DNA of 64,000 nucleotides, taken from Polymyxa betae A26-41 (Eukaryota > Protista > Endomyxa: Phytomyxea). Numbering within the stretch: the first letter of the stretch is position 1; every line of letters begins with the position of its first letter. Positions 1 through 12,938 of the stretch are shown here, piece by piece. The notes under the pieces are model-generated. The model had not been told where the DNA came from. It worked only from the letters and a program-made list of their open reading frames with translations, and ran no database searches. Made by a program: the position numbers and the translations under genes. Location of the stretch: contig RBZT01000312.1 of the NCBI GenBank assembly GCA_003693705.1, forward strand, positions 124,001 through 188,000, read 5' to 3'.

Positions 1-3000
1 TTGCTGGTTGGCTGGCCTTGTAGTGACTTGGAAAAGCAGACATTTCGTTCCTGCCTTCGTCTCAATCATTTTCCTGGTGTTTAGCCCGGAATACTGGCCG
101 GTTCGTCCTTCCAAAGCGAATCACTGCTCAACAAGTGTCATCCAATATGTCTTAAGAAATAATGCTTCTCTCGTATTTCGATCAGCTTTAATCTCGAAGG
201 TAGTTTATCATCCAGCAACTATCGCGACCATGATCTTAATTCTTTTCATGTAGTTTCCTCTAGATTTTCCTCTGCTCAATGCATCTGCTGAACAGGTTAA
301 CTTAAGTTTCCTGTTGGTCAAGGCTTGCCTGAAGCTCTGCCATGCTTCGACGATATACTATTTTGTTCGGGATATCCTAACGATCCCCTCACTGCTGAAT
401 CGGTCGGTTTCAAACTGTAGTAACTGTTTCCGCTGATCAGTTTTTAGCCATGGAATTCAAGGAATGCAGCCTTTATATTCACAAGAGAACCTGAAGCTGA
501 TATACAATATTGTTTGCTCGGATAATGGGCAGATACTTGCTGATATTACTTCAAGATATGGCGATGTCGGAGATCCTGCATATCCTTCAGCTGGTACGGC
601 CTGTGTACTTGAATGTTTGGTTACTAACTGTGCCAAAGGCTGGTTGATGGGCAATATATTTCATTTATCGATGCCTTCTGTTGAAAATGAAACCGAGGAT
701 AATCGCCTGTTCTCGGCTTTGTCCACTATACTCTTCCGGGGCCCTAAAGTAGGTTGCTTCGTTCAGCAGGAAATGTTATAATGTGGAATCAGTCCATATT
801 TCCATCTTTGTCTCAAGTTCAATTTGAAGACGAAATGAGAGATGATGACGAAGAGCTGTCCAGTGAATTCCTCTTTGATCATTTGCCTCTACGACTCAAA
901 CAGCAACTTTCTTTTTTTACCGATCGTCGATTTTTGAATGCTGTAGTCCGGATTGTAAAACACCAGGCAATAGCTACTGAAATTGAGACATCTCGTCTGT
1001 CATTGATTTTTTTGCAGGAAGGCCTCTCTGAAAAATTTGTATCGATAACTTCAATACTCTCTGAGATTCTACGCGTTTGGCAAAGCGCCCGTTTTGAAAT
1101 TCTCAGCGCCGTATCATTCGGTACCAATATCGTTCAGTTGCTTTGGGCCGCTCTTAGTGAAGCAAACTTCGAGAAATTTACAATAACTGTACTACATTCA
1201 CATCAGCATCCATTTCCTATGTTGCTTATCTTTTGAGTAGGATTATGAGAAAATCAGTCCCTCATTGTCCCTCTTCTGTCTTACATATGGACATTGTCTG
1301 AAAGTCATCGATGACGAAGAATTTTATACTCAGCAAGTTCCGTTCACTATTCCTCAAACAATTAATATTATTCTGGCGTTAAGAAGTATGACATTTGGTA
1401 TATTTGCACATATTAACTCATTTGACATTCGTATCACAGCTGTTTTGATACGCTTGTTCTGGTCGGATGGCGTTCTGATGTTAACATCACCTTGGGCATG
1501 TTACCTTCGTGAATTGGCAGCATCAACATTCCAACAGCTCCGTGATCGCCAGTCTCGTAAACCGTTTGCCGACAAGGCAATCTTTGTAATGACCGAGCAG
1601 GCTAATCAAGAATTTCAGCAAGAGTGCTTCGCGATCGTTAACGAAGTAAAGAATTACTTTGAATAGTTTGTCGTTGCATTTTAGTTCAAATTTAGGCCGC
1701 AGCGGTCGGCGGCGACGCCACGCTGGACAATATTTCTGGAGCTGGTGTGGGAAATCGCACTTTAACAATATTGAGAAGAGTCCCTGTGATTATCCAGTTT
1801 CACCAGCGTGTTGAATTATTCTATCGCGTTATTGAAGAAGTTCGTTTGCTCAATGGATATCTTTGTTCTCATATTGAAACTGCTTGATTAGGATAGGCAT
1901 AGAGACCTTCATTTTCATCAATCTCAGGTCAATGTCCGACGAAATTTCCTTTTAGAGGATGCATTTGACCAGTTCGTGAATATGGGAAATCATGTGCGGG
2001 GTCGCATAAGGGTAACGCGTTTTTGTGCCATTTTTTCGGGCAGTTCACCAACTTATTTCAAGGTTAATTTTGTTGATGATTTCGGCCTAACGGAAGCAGG
2101 AATCGATGGAGGAGGGCTATTTAAAGAATTCATTAATATTGTATGCAAGCAGGTCTCTCTTCCAATTTTTTTTTAATCTAATGTTCATTTGTTTACCCTA
2201 AAGGCATTGGATCCTCAAACAGGAATGTTTAAAGAAACAAATGAAAGTGAGCATTATCCATCACCAGCGTCCGGGCTCTGCCGAGAAGACCACTTGACGT
2301 AGGTTTTGTTCTCATCAATGGCTCATTCATTCATAAAATGCAGGTTTTTCAAAGTTTTCGGCATCATTGTTGGGAAACTTCTCAGTAATCGCATTCAGAT
2401 CGAGCCTCGATTTGCGAATTTTTTTCTTCGGAAACTGGCTTCTGTGCCTACTTGTATCGATGATTTACGATCTTTCGATCCTGAGATATCAAGAAACCTT
2501 TTGTTCTTGAAGAAATATGATGGCAACTTTGAGGACTTAAGTCTATTTTTTTGTGTCATCAATGATGAACTCGGCCAAAAACAGGTAGTGAACCCGAGAC
2601 TATTGTTAATTTGTTATTAAACGACATTAGGTCGTAGAACTGTGCCCTGGAGGATCGTCAATTCCTGTTACCAAAGCCAACCGTTTAGCATTTATGCACC
2701 AGCTTGCAGATTACAAACTTAATCGGCAAATAAGGCTTCAAACCAATGCATTTATATTTGGACTTGAAATGGTTAAGAACCTGTATCACCTTGATATTTG
2801 TGACTAACGTGCACTTCAGATCATTCCAAGGAGATGGTTTCAGATGTTCTCACCAGATGAGATCCAGATGCTGATATCCGGATCCAAAAACGCTATTAAC
2901 GTTCACGATATGAAGGCCAACATGAAATATACTGGTTAATTTTTGCTCCTTGTTCTTGTATTAAACACTGAAATCGTTATTTCGGTAGGGTTTGCTGAAA

Positions 3001-3341
3001 ACGATATTCTTATTGATTGGTTTTGGGAGATACTCCACTCAATGAGCCCTGAGGAACTGTCTTCATTGCTTCGGTTCTTTACGAGCTGTTCTCGAGCCCC
3101 ACTTCTAGGTATTTTGATTTATTTGATTCATTGTCCTTTGTTGATTTTTGGTTCGACAGGATTTTCTACACTGCATCCAGGGTTATGCCTACAAAAGTCA
3201 CCAAACGCGGACCCAAATGCTCTTCCGTCGTCCTCAACGTGTGTTAATATGATGAGGATACCACCATACACATCAAAGGCACAAATGCAAGAAAAGTTAA
3301 CCTACGCGATTCGATCCAATGCTGGTTTTGATCTGTCGTAA
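1..3341 (+). CDS. UBE3C: HECT E3 ubiquitin ligase, UBE3C/HUL5/UPL6-like (multi-exon; 5' end outside window)
   Basis: Spliced exons give HECT motifs: VRRNFLLEDAFDQF, V.FVDDFGLTEAGIDGGGLFKEF, FANFFLRKL, LLRFFTSCSRAPLLGF, LPSSSTCVNMMRIPPY (catalytic Cys) and C-terminal YAIRSNAGFDLS*. Exons are separated by ~50-nt GT-AG introns. Confidence 0.92.
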
Positions 3342-4048
3342 ATTTATCAGAACAATTTATTATCGTTTTCGCGTCTGCCTGTTGTGCGCCATCAGCTTAT
3401 CACGCATGCACTGATTCATTTAGCATTATTTAACAGAGTTGCAATTGCATGGCTCGTCATTACTGTCATCTTTATATTGACGATAGAAACTCGTCAGTCT
3501 GTAGTCGGACCGTTAACTGTATAGATTCTGATATGTCTTGAAGTTTACAGTTTTATAATCAAGAATTTGGTCCGACCTTCAAAGATGTTCTACGAAAACT
3601 GTCATTGGAGTTAGAAACTCCACGCTTTCAGATGATTGCGACTTGTGAAATTACGACCTTGTTTGGATGGTGTCAACCTCTGCTCTTCTGTTATCACCAA
3701 GCGGTACTTCACTGGAAATCCAGATATACCTCATTTGCTGCTAAACTATATCCAGTTGCAGCAATTGTTTCGCCAAGTGTGCTGCGAACTTCGTTAGGTC
3801 GCTGCGAATTTTTTTGCAGACATTTTTGATTGAATTTCTTATTTTTCAGAGTAGCTTATGATGCCGGTATTAAAAGTAGCAGATCCCTGGATGGCAATAA
3901 CTGTGCATACAGAGTATCATCGCAAACTTCGCTGTCATAACGAATGATGGCACAAATATACAACAGTTATCAAATGTATCATCAAATTCATTCAGAACAG
4001 TATATTACTGGCTGTATTAACTGTTTAGTTCTTATATAGTTTATGGAT

Positions 4049-7000
4049 TCACTGGTTTGTGAGCATTTTTTGAAGAAATTGTTTATACTGAACACCTCCA
4101 TTATGATCATCTTTATACTGATCGTATAGTATCCGTGATTCCTAGATTAATTGTCAGTTTCATGGATTATGATAACATGTTACGCTTATCCAACTTTTGC
4201 ACTCAGGGGTTGATCCGACTTTCGAAGTCGGTCTACGAATTCAGGAAAAGACACTGTCCGTGAATCCTCCAATGTTTTTAACTGATCGCGAAGCTTCTCT
4301 TTGTTAAGCATAATCTCCACATCTTTTGGATCTTGCACGTTTCTTTTCATCTTCCTATTGCAAATTCAAACTTCATTGAAGATTATGTCATTGGTGCCAT
4401 ACTCTTTCAGTTGCAGTAATTGCTTCCGCTTTTTCGCTGCACACTCAGTTCGCAGGCATTTCAATTCAAGCCCCTGTGGATACTTTCTTGAAAAATTGTA
4501 CTTGCACTTACAATGTACTCACCGTAGAAATTTGGGAATGAAGAATTTTGTCAACGAAATCATGATAATTTATCTGGTCAGCACCGGTAGGTACGTACGA
4601 ATCAAACACCTTTCTCATATCCTGTGAATCGTGTTAAAAAAACCTAATATGCCTCCTAATCTCTACAAACGCGAGCGTTGAGGAACACTCCAAGAATTTC
4701 CATGCCTCGGGCGAATTCTTTGAAGTCAATGGAGCGCGAGTCATCCAAGTCAAATCTCTTAAATGCACGACGCAAACGTTGCCTGCCGTGAGACCTTGCA
4801 ACCAATTTCTCCTGGATGAGACGATCGACGTTGATATGGGTCGAACAAATGTCAAACACTGGCTGCTTGGCTTTTTTCAGCTGCCTTTCTGCAAATTGCC
4901 CAGCAAGTCCTTCCTGTTTGAAACTTCAATGGAAAAACTGTTGGAGGCGTCATATCCGTACATTCGGGTTGTATCCTTGACGCATCAAGATATCAATGAA
5001 TCGATCGTAATCGATAACATCGGAGTCAGGATGGTGTTTGTACTTGTCGAACAACCGGGTAATGCTCTATAGAGAAAGTCGATCAGCAAACCTGTTTGAG
5101 TGAGGCGCGTACTGAACCTTTTCCGAAGTCCCAATCTCCAGCGTACTGCAGAACTCTTTAAATTCTTGTAAGGAGATGTTACTCTTACTAGAGCATTGTT
5201 TGACTGATTTCTTTATCTGGTTCACCCTAACAGCAAGCAGCTTATCAAGAAACCGTAAATTTTGCCTGCCATTATTTACCCGAGACATTTTTGGCGGATC
5301 TTATCAATAAGAAGCTGCTCAGTTTCGATTTCGCTTCTAGAGAACGGGCGAGGCAATCGTGGCGTTCTGGATCGGGTGTCCGATTGGTGGTCAACTTCCA
5401 GCGAAAGTACCTCGTCCTTGCTAAGAAGTTGCTGGAATTCGTGATGGCTCAAACATCCTGTTCCAGAGCTCAGCCGTTCCTTCGACATCCACGCAAGTCA
5501 ATCTCCAACCATTCTTGTCAAGATCCGCATCCTCAAAAACCTAATTACACAAAGTTATCAAATCAACCTAACAGCATAAAATGTCAAATGCTACTTGAAT
5601 GATCTCGCTGTCATTAAGAACATCTTCTGTTACACCAAGAAATTGGCGCAACCTCTTCAGGAAGGCTGCTTTAGTAATCTCACCATTCGAGTTCTTATCA
5701 AACTTCTGAAACGAACGGATGTGATTATAGAGACCTGTCGGTCGGCAGACTAGCCAGAATAAGGCATTGACAGCGATGTTCTATGTAACTAACCAATCGC
5801 ATTCACTACGATGGATGTGGCAGTCGGGCCGTCGGCTCTGAGAGGATCTCTGAAGATAGGAGCGCTTTTCGGACGGCGAGGTGCCGGCTGCAAATGAATG
5901 TGAGACCGCTGAGACGAACAACAAACTGGTCAACCTTTGGAAAACGATCCAACTGCTGGACAATTGAATGCTCAGGTTTGAATCCGTTCTGCAAAATATC
6001 GTGCAGAAAGTCGTTGTAAGCGATGCCCCGTTTTCCTTTCGCAAATTGGCTAAAAAGTCGCTCGACATCCTAAAAACGAAGACGCGTTCGAAATCCCCTT
6101 CGTACGAGCACTCACGAAATAACTTACATGATCGCTAAGATTGAGTCCAATATTGCCCAACGCCATTGCAAATTCGTGCAGTTCGATTCTGCCGGAATCA
6201 TCTATTAGACGCCGTTAAGGAAACGAGGCGATCAAAATTCGCGGTATGATACCTAAGTCGAACATTCGGAATGCCTTCCGCAAAGTAAACAAATTCGAGG
6301 CGCGTTGAAAGATTTTGTCTCGAAAGAAATCGGCAATTTTGTTTGCTCCAGCGCCTGCTAGATCGCCAATAACAACCTTCCCGAATCTCGCTTGTCTTGG
6401 CACATATTCTTCAAGCTGTGCTGCGAATCCGTCCTTGCATCAAAAAGACCATCACAAATTCTGGATTTCGGAAAAACGATTGTACAATACCTGCTCTCGG
6501 TACTGCTGTTCAAAGACACTCTTTACAAATCGATTGAATGTGAATCCTGCCCAGTTCTCTTCTCTGAACCGCTCGAATAACTCTTCGGCGCTGGATTCAG
6601 CCGTATGTATTCCCAGAAGACGTAATCCGTCTTTGAATCGATCTAGAGTAACGATCCCATGGCGATTCGGCGAGAACAGCTTGAAGGCATCGATCAGGTC
6701 GTGACTACTGGCACGTTTCTCTCGGATCTTTTGCTTGAGAACGTCGTGTAGTTTCTCACTGGACACCAACGTCTCAACCTTTCAAGGTTGATATCAGAAA
6801 GAACATCGCATTTGGTCATTACTTTACATGTGGAAACCTGGGCATATCAGATCCGTTCGGAAACTGCATCGAGTCGAATTCTGAAACGCAAGCTTGGAAA
6901 TCGGTGAGTGTGATAAACCCTTTCCCATTGCGATCGTAATGCTTAAATAGGCCGAGAATCTAATACAGCATGTGTCATTAAGCTGCTAAATTATCCATTC

Positions 7001-7445
7001 CGAATCTGTAAAGTACCTTGTCTTCTGTGAACTCATCTTCCAGCCCTAAAGTCAGAATCGCTTTTCTGAACGATTCATACTCGAGACGACCGCACCGGCT
7101 CAGATCAAATTTGGCGAATGCACGAGCGACCGGCGTCTGTTCTCCATGAACCATGCTCAAGATTCGGTCACGAAGAAGCAGATCCAAACGGCTCGTTTCT
7201 ACTTCTGTCTCGTCTTCGAGTTGCAGTCTTGTTTGCCTCAAGAAGTTGGCATGCATTGGGGTTATTTTCTGGCGCGATTCTACCGTCGATTCGCTGAGGC
7301 TTTCACTGTTTGAAGCGCGTGATGAAGTTCGCGATTTTGAGCGCGATGAGCATCGCGACGGCGTTCGACGTGCATTACTTCGAGCAGATGCTGGGCGGAT
7401 CAACCCTCGCAACGATCGAGGTGTGGCGTGGGCTTGGTTAGCCAT
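4049..7445 (-). CDS. Multi-EF-hand calcium-binding protein (EFCAB6-like architecture), multi-exon
   Basis: Repeated EF-hand loops in successive minus-strand exons: AFAKFDLSRCGRLEYESF, HYDRNGKGFITLTDF, FRMFDLDDSGRIELHEF, FQKFDKNSNGEITKAAF, AFKRFDLDDSRSIDFKEF, YKDDHNGGVQYKQFL. Start MANQ at 7445, stop TGA at 4049-4051. Confidence 0.8.
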
Positions 7446-7824
7446 TGTTGACACAGCCCTACTGGAATGCAACACGAGTGCTTGGGATCGTGCCGTACAG
7501 TTTGTTTCATTAGATGTGAATCATTCGTTGAATGTTTTACCACGAAATCTGTTTTTGCATGCGTCAAATGAGGCATTAGGCCACGAATTCTCCTTCGCAA
7601 TAAACATGAAATATTATGCCACAGATCACGGCAGTCTAGTTTAACTTTAATTTGCAACATGCTTGAGAGGAATATGATAAGATATTCAAAACCGATTTAT
7701 TTTACCTTTTTCTTGCAACAAAATTTTCATTTTTGTTCTTACGCACAAAGTGCGTTGCTGACTTGCAGTTGAAGGAACTTTTCACGAGGGCTCCTCCTGC
7801 CTCATTTTGTACAGTAAATAAGCA

Positions 7825-8638
7825 ATGGCATCACAGCCCAGAATGCCATCTGAAAAGGAAATCGCTCTACGAATGACTGACGATGTCGCTTCGTTTCAAG
7901 AAAAACTGGACTCGTTCGTTGCGACCATGCAGACATCAATGGAGAAGGCGGCCAGCGATCATCATAGTGAGGAGAAGACCAATGAATATATTCTACAGAA
8001 CCTGACTGATAAGGAGAATGTCCTTCGTGACCAATCTACTCAACTGAATAAGTCTTACAGCTTCTATTTTTCAAATACGCTTGCTGATATGAATCTTGCC
8101 AGGGCATATGAGATCACCCGGGTTCAAGTCGCTTCGGCCACGGCAGGCAAAACTCGGCTTGAAGGAGAACTGAAAACTTTACCAAAGACTTTCGAATCAT
8201 TACAAACGTCTGTTCAGGAGGCTGAAGCTAAACTAGCACAGGTTCCACTGCTATTGTCTCTCCTTGTTGACGTTTGACTATTACGCTCAGCAACAAATCG
8301 AGATTGATGAGAAGCGAAAAGCGATGAAGAGGAACCAAGAAGTGTTGAGTCAGGCGTTGGAGTTTTTCAATTCTCGCCTCGGTCTGTTTTTCGAACGCGA
8401 ATCGCATGATGGCACCGGGTTCCGATTGAAAGCGACCTTCACTTGCCTAGGAGAAGACTACAGCGAACGGGCCAGCTTCTGCATCGACATCGATGGGGGC
8501 AAGTACGTGGTCAATGACTGCCTTCCTGAGATCGATTCCGAAGAGATAGTTCAGCGTTTGCAGAAAACCGACGACCTTTCCCATTTCTTCCAAGCTATGA
8601 GACGAGCCTTTCAGGCGCATTACACAACCCGATCATAA
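7825..8638 (+). CDS. SPC25: Kinetochore Ndc80 complex subunit Spc25
   Basis: N-terminal coiled coil, then the RWD-like tail FFNSRLGLFFE..LKATFTCL..ASFCIDI..KYVVNDCLPEI..LQKTDDLSHFFQAMRRAF. Introns near 8051-8103 and 8242-8290. Confidence 0.85.
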
Positions 8639-8652
8639 GTTTAATAAATGTT

Positions 8653-9249
8653 CTATTTCGATTCTAGAGCTTGCGATAGAATGCTCTTGTATGTCTCGGT
8701 GACTTCAGCCTTCCAGAGACTCTCATGATCGGAATCTAGTCGACCGATCATCTGGGCTGGATTCCCGCTATATATTGCCAGAGGCGGAATGATGGAATCA
8801 GGGGCGATCACGCTATCAGGCATGATTCGAGCTCCAGGCCCAATGACCGTCCTTTCACCAATCATCGCTCGCTGCATCACATGCCTAAACAAGCTTACTT
8901 CGACAATAGCACTCAAAAGCTAAGCGACTGACGAGCCATGGTGTATCACAGATGCTTTGACGATAGCGTCCTCTTCAATAACAACATAATCGAGAATAGA
9001 TTGCTTCTGAAAAGATGCTTCATCCCGATCTGTAGATACCAGCGGCGGTCGTAAGACAGCGCCTGGTTCAATACGACAGTATCGTCCGATTTGAACGGGA
9101 GCGAGATCGGCTCTAATCATGACATTGTCAGCGATTACGATGCACCCGTCGACAGCGATGGATTCTGTCTTGTAGAGTTTCGCTCCTCGCCCTATCACAT
9201 TCCGAGACGATGTCACAATGAAGCCATTATTGGCAGTTTTCAGTGTCAT
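8653..9249 (-). CDS. DCTN5: Dynactin subunit 5 (p25), left-handed beta-helix
   Basis: TSSRNVIGRGAKL..SIAVDGCIVIADNVMIRADLAPVQIGRYCRIEPGAVLRPP, then after one intron IGERTVIGPGARIMPDSVIAPDSIIPPLAIYSGNPA. Confidence 0.88.
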
Positions 9250-9366
9250 TACGCACAACAGTGTAGATTGTTGTTGTAAGCAACATAGTGTCTCTGATAA
9301 GGATTTCCTGCATCGAATGCATCAAGATATCAATTTACTGAGAGTTTATTTTATGTGCAGAAATCC

Positions 9367-9757
9367 TTAATTTTCTCGTTCTCCTGGACTTCCAAGTAGA
9401 ATCATATCTTCCTGCAATTGCACTTCTTCAACATTTTCATCTTTTGATCCCTAATTCGAAACATCATATTCCTGAAAAAGTTACCAGTATGTGATGAATA
9501 CCTTCCATATACATCCCATGGAGAGCAGGAAAGTCGCCATATACATGAAACCAGTGATGAGAATATTATTACTAGCATGAGACCTCTCGGATTCGTCTTC
9601 GATCTCAATACTACCAGCGCGCATGAAGCACGACAGCGCTATCAAGAACACCGATGCAAATGCGCTACAAATCAGCCATCAACAATACGCCCTCCAGATT
9701 GACCAGTCATACCAACCTATACATACCACATGAGCGCCCAAATGATGCCAATCCCAT
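9367..9757 (-). CDS. RNASEK: Small two-TM protein, RNASEK / V-ATPase subunit f-like (3 exons, ~95 aa)
   Basis: Manual splicing of two ~51-52 nt GT-AG introns gives MGLASFGRSCGMYSAFASVFLIALSCFMRAGSIEIEDESERSHASNNILITGFMYMATFLLSMGCIWKGSKDENVEEVQLQEDMILLGSPGEREN*. The SAF-TM1 / acidic loop / N..I...Y-TM2 pattern matches the family. The protein is absent from the ORF track. Confidence 0.6.
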
Positions 9758-10017
9758 TGCAGAAATGTAATGAGATGATACGATATTGGATGTTAAGGCG
9801 AGTAAAGCCAGATGGCTGCGCCCACTATAAATTTCTCTTCGTTTTGGATTTTTTGTTTCGTGCGCGTACAGTCAACGATCAGGATTTTGAAGTCAAGTCG
9901 TTGCAAAAATTTTCGTGTTTGAATACATTCATCAGAGCCGTGTGTTTGCAGAATACATACTCAACTGTTAGAAGCGATTTATATAACTGCATCGCAACAC
10001 AGGAAATAACGAGTTTA

Positions 10018-10420
10018 TTATGTGGATGGTACAAGAGGTGTAGGAACTGGCACCAGATAATTCAATACAATCGTCAATACAGAGAACTGCAAATAGTGAT
10101 CAATCATCTTCTACGATCGGGTTAGAGAGGCCTACCGCTAATGTGCTGAAAATCTGTTTGAAATCGAAATTGGCTTGTTTCATATTGGCGATGGAGACCA
10201 GGCTGCAAAATAATCCCATCCATGCCATCAGCTTGATTCGCATCGTCATGCCGCAGATGCAGCAGATCAGGCCCAGAAGCGAGGCCCAGTCGGCGGCTTC
10301 CGCCTCGCTGACCGCCGCGATATTGTAGGCCTTAATGCGTGCTGCATTACGAGGATCAGAAGGCAGCCGCTGCTGGTTCTGGCTGTCGATGTTTATATCC
10401 CCTGACCCACGCTGCGCCAT
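10018..10420 (-). CDS. WDR83OS: Asterix / PAT10 (PAT complex subunit, UPF0139)
   Basis: DPRNAARIKAY..DWASLLGLICCICGMTMRIKLMAWMGLFCSLVSIANMK..DFKQIFSTLA, one intron, then FSVLTIVLNYLVP..*. Confidence 0.88.
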
Positions 10421-10669
10421 TCCTGCCAATATCGATCTGACAAAACATGAGGCCAGGCATCACGCACTGCTGTCCCCAAGAAACGAAACTTTTTCGAAAA
10501 TCTTCCAAATGGTGAATGGGGGCTATATCAAATTGTTAATTATCATTTAACTGGATCTATTTAAAATTTGAAAAAACACGTTTTTGATGTAGAGTATTCT
10601 GTTGACGAGTTGCGATGTTGTAATGGCAGCAGAATCTGTATAATGTATGAAAACAGTTGAGAGGGCCCA

Positions 10670-10713
10670 GATGGGCCCCATGACCCCATGACCCCATAAC
10701 CCCAACAACCCAT
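10670..10713. repeat. Degenerate 8-mer tandem repeat (CCCCATGA-like) in the divergent Asterix/DHODH promoter
   Basis: ccccatga ccccatga ccccataa ccccaaca acccatt. Confidence 0.7.
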
Positions 10714-10755
10714 TGCTAACATGACATAGTATCTAAAAATACCGCCAATCACATC

Positions 10756-12410
10756 ATGAGAACCTGGTTGAAGTCAGCAGCTGCTCTGACGGCGTTGCCA
10801 ACAGCTGGGTCAGGTGTCGTCCTGGGTGTTGACGTCCTTGGGCGTTTATTCTCGACTTTAGGTATGCGTATTGCTTATACCGAAATCAGAATGGCGACCC
10901 GGTTGATACTCGTGGGCTCATGTCCTTGGCTATGAAATGCATCGATGCTGAGGATGCGCATCGGCTGGCGATCTGGGCATTGAAACAGCCACGAATGGTT
11001 CGATCAGCTTTGTTTTTAGGTCGGTGTTATCACCAACGTTCCAATTTGTTGATTTCATTAAATAGTTGATTATTCTGCCCCAAAACCAAATTTACAGACC
11101 CAGGTTTGGGGAATAAAATTCGATAACCCGATCGGATTCGCAGCCGGCTTTGATAAAAACGCTGAAGCTATCCCAGGCGTCCTTGTATGATCGCATATAG
11201 CGGTGACTATCAGATCTGATGAATTTACAGGAGATGGGGATGGGATTCGTGGAAATCGGTTCTGTTACTGGCGATCCCCAACCCGGGAATCCACGACCTC
11301 GGGTGTTCCGCTATCCCGATGTATTCATGATCCATGCAGATCCCTGCACAACCTGATTTTCTTTAGGCAGAAGCCGTAGTTAATCGATATGGATTCAATA
11401 GCGATGGACATCAGGTCGACTTGTCTTGCTAGACAGTGTATGATAGCTGAGAACTATTTGTTAGGCGGTTCGTCGTCGTCTGAGCCAGCTGCCCGAACAT
11501 CTGCCCGGAATCGTAGGCGTCAATCTGGGCAAAAATAAGTTCGCCACAGAGTTCGATTACGTCAAAGGCACACGAGTGCTCGGTGCCTATAGCGACTATT
11601 TGACGATCAATGTGTCGTCGCCAAACACACCCGGCCTTCGTGGTCTGCAGAACAAGAACGTGAGCGTTATTTAATGTCTCTATAGTCGATCTGTAACCGC
11701 CTTGTAGGAGCTGTCAGATCTAATCAGGAATGTAAAAGAGGTTCATCAGTCACTTCCACCTTCGAATCGAACCAAAGCTCGTATTCCGCTGATTCTTAAG
11801 ATCGCTCCAGATCTAACCGATGGTTGGCGATTCTAAATTTCATTTCAAAAAGTTGATACTGTTTGTTATAGCTGAATTGAAGGATATCGCCCAAGTAGCG
11901 TTATCATCGAAAATTGATGGAATCATCGTGTCGAATACCACCACTTCGCGTCCTGAAGGACTTGGTTGTGATGACCTTTTTTCCTGGAAATTTATTGATG
12001 AATTGCATCAGATTTGGAAACTGGTGGCCTATCTGGGAAACCATTGTTCGAACTCTCTACAGGATGTTTAAAGTATAAACGCCCAATATCCGCCGCGTTT
12101 TTCTAAGACTGAGTTGTTCAGGAAAATGTACAAATTCACGAACGGGAATATTCCTTTGATCGGAGCTGGTGGCATTAGCTCAGGATACGATGTCTATAAG
12201 AAGATTCGATCTGGAGCTTCTCTTGTACAGGTTTGCAATTCTGTTGTGTTTCCTGGATTCATGCATTGATCGGCTTGATAGTTATATACCTCGTTTGTAT
12301 TTAATGGCCCTGCTCTGATCCCTCGTATGAAACGCGAACTTAGCGAGTGTTTGGAACGTGATGGGTTCAAGAATGTTGCAGAAGCAGTGGGCGCCGACCT
12401 TGATCGATGA
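10756..12410 (+). CDS. DHODH: Dihydroorotate dehydrogenase (quinone), class 2, mitochondrial; 10 exons
   Basis: Spliced motifs [112 protein letters not shown]. Nine canonical introns traced. Confidence 0.96.
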
Positions 12411-12938
12411 CCTACTACCGCCAATTGCTGCATTAATACTCGTCCATTGTGCTATTTAAACCAGTCCCTCGATGATTTTGTGTCTTAACAAAATAGCTTT
12501 GTTGCGGAAATCATCTATTGCTCAACTGTTGTTGCTAGAGTTCGAATCAATTCAAGATTTAACTTTCAATTGGCCTGCACAATTCTGCAGTTGCTGCCCT
12601 CTAAGTTTCCAAATTGGTTTTGAAGGGTGTGCAACTGGGCACATAAATATCTCTGAAACTGTCCCGCTCACTTGTTAATCGTTTTGTATTCATTATAGCG
12701 CAGGCTGGCTACTGTCATGTGAATTCGATATCCACACTATAGGATTGCTTATCCTGCAGAATCTCCACAAAGGTCCATTCTAAAGCAGCAAACGGAATGA
12801 CGTCATACATGGAGTCAAGTCTGCACAAAGATTGACTCAAAATCGTACGTCACGCTCATGAAATAGGACGATGGCGTCCATTTTCTTAATTATTTAACCG
12901 ATCACATTCCCGATCCGTCTATCTGCAAATCATCGTAA

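Noticed and set aside
9680-9692. Apparent in-frame TGA in AYC*WLICSAF (minus strand) suggesting selenocysteine in the RNASEK-like gene
   Set aside because: It lies inside a canonical 52-nt GT-AG intron whose removal gives a clean frame (GMYSAF).
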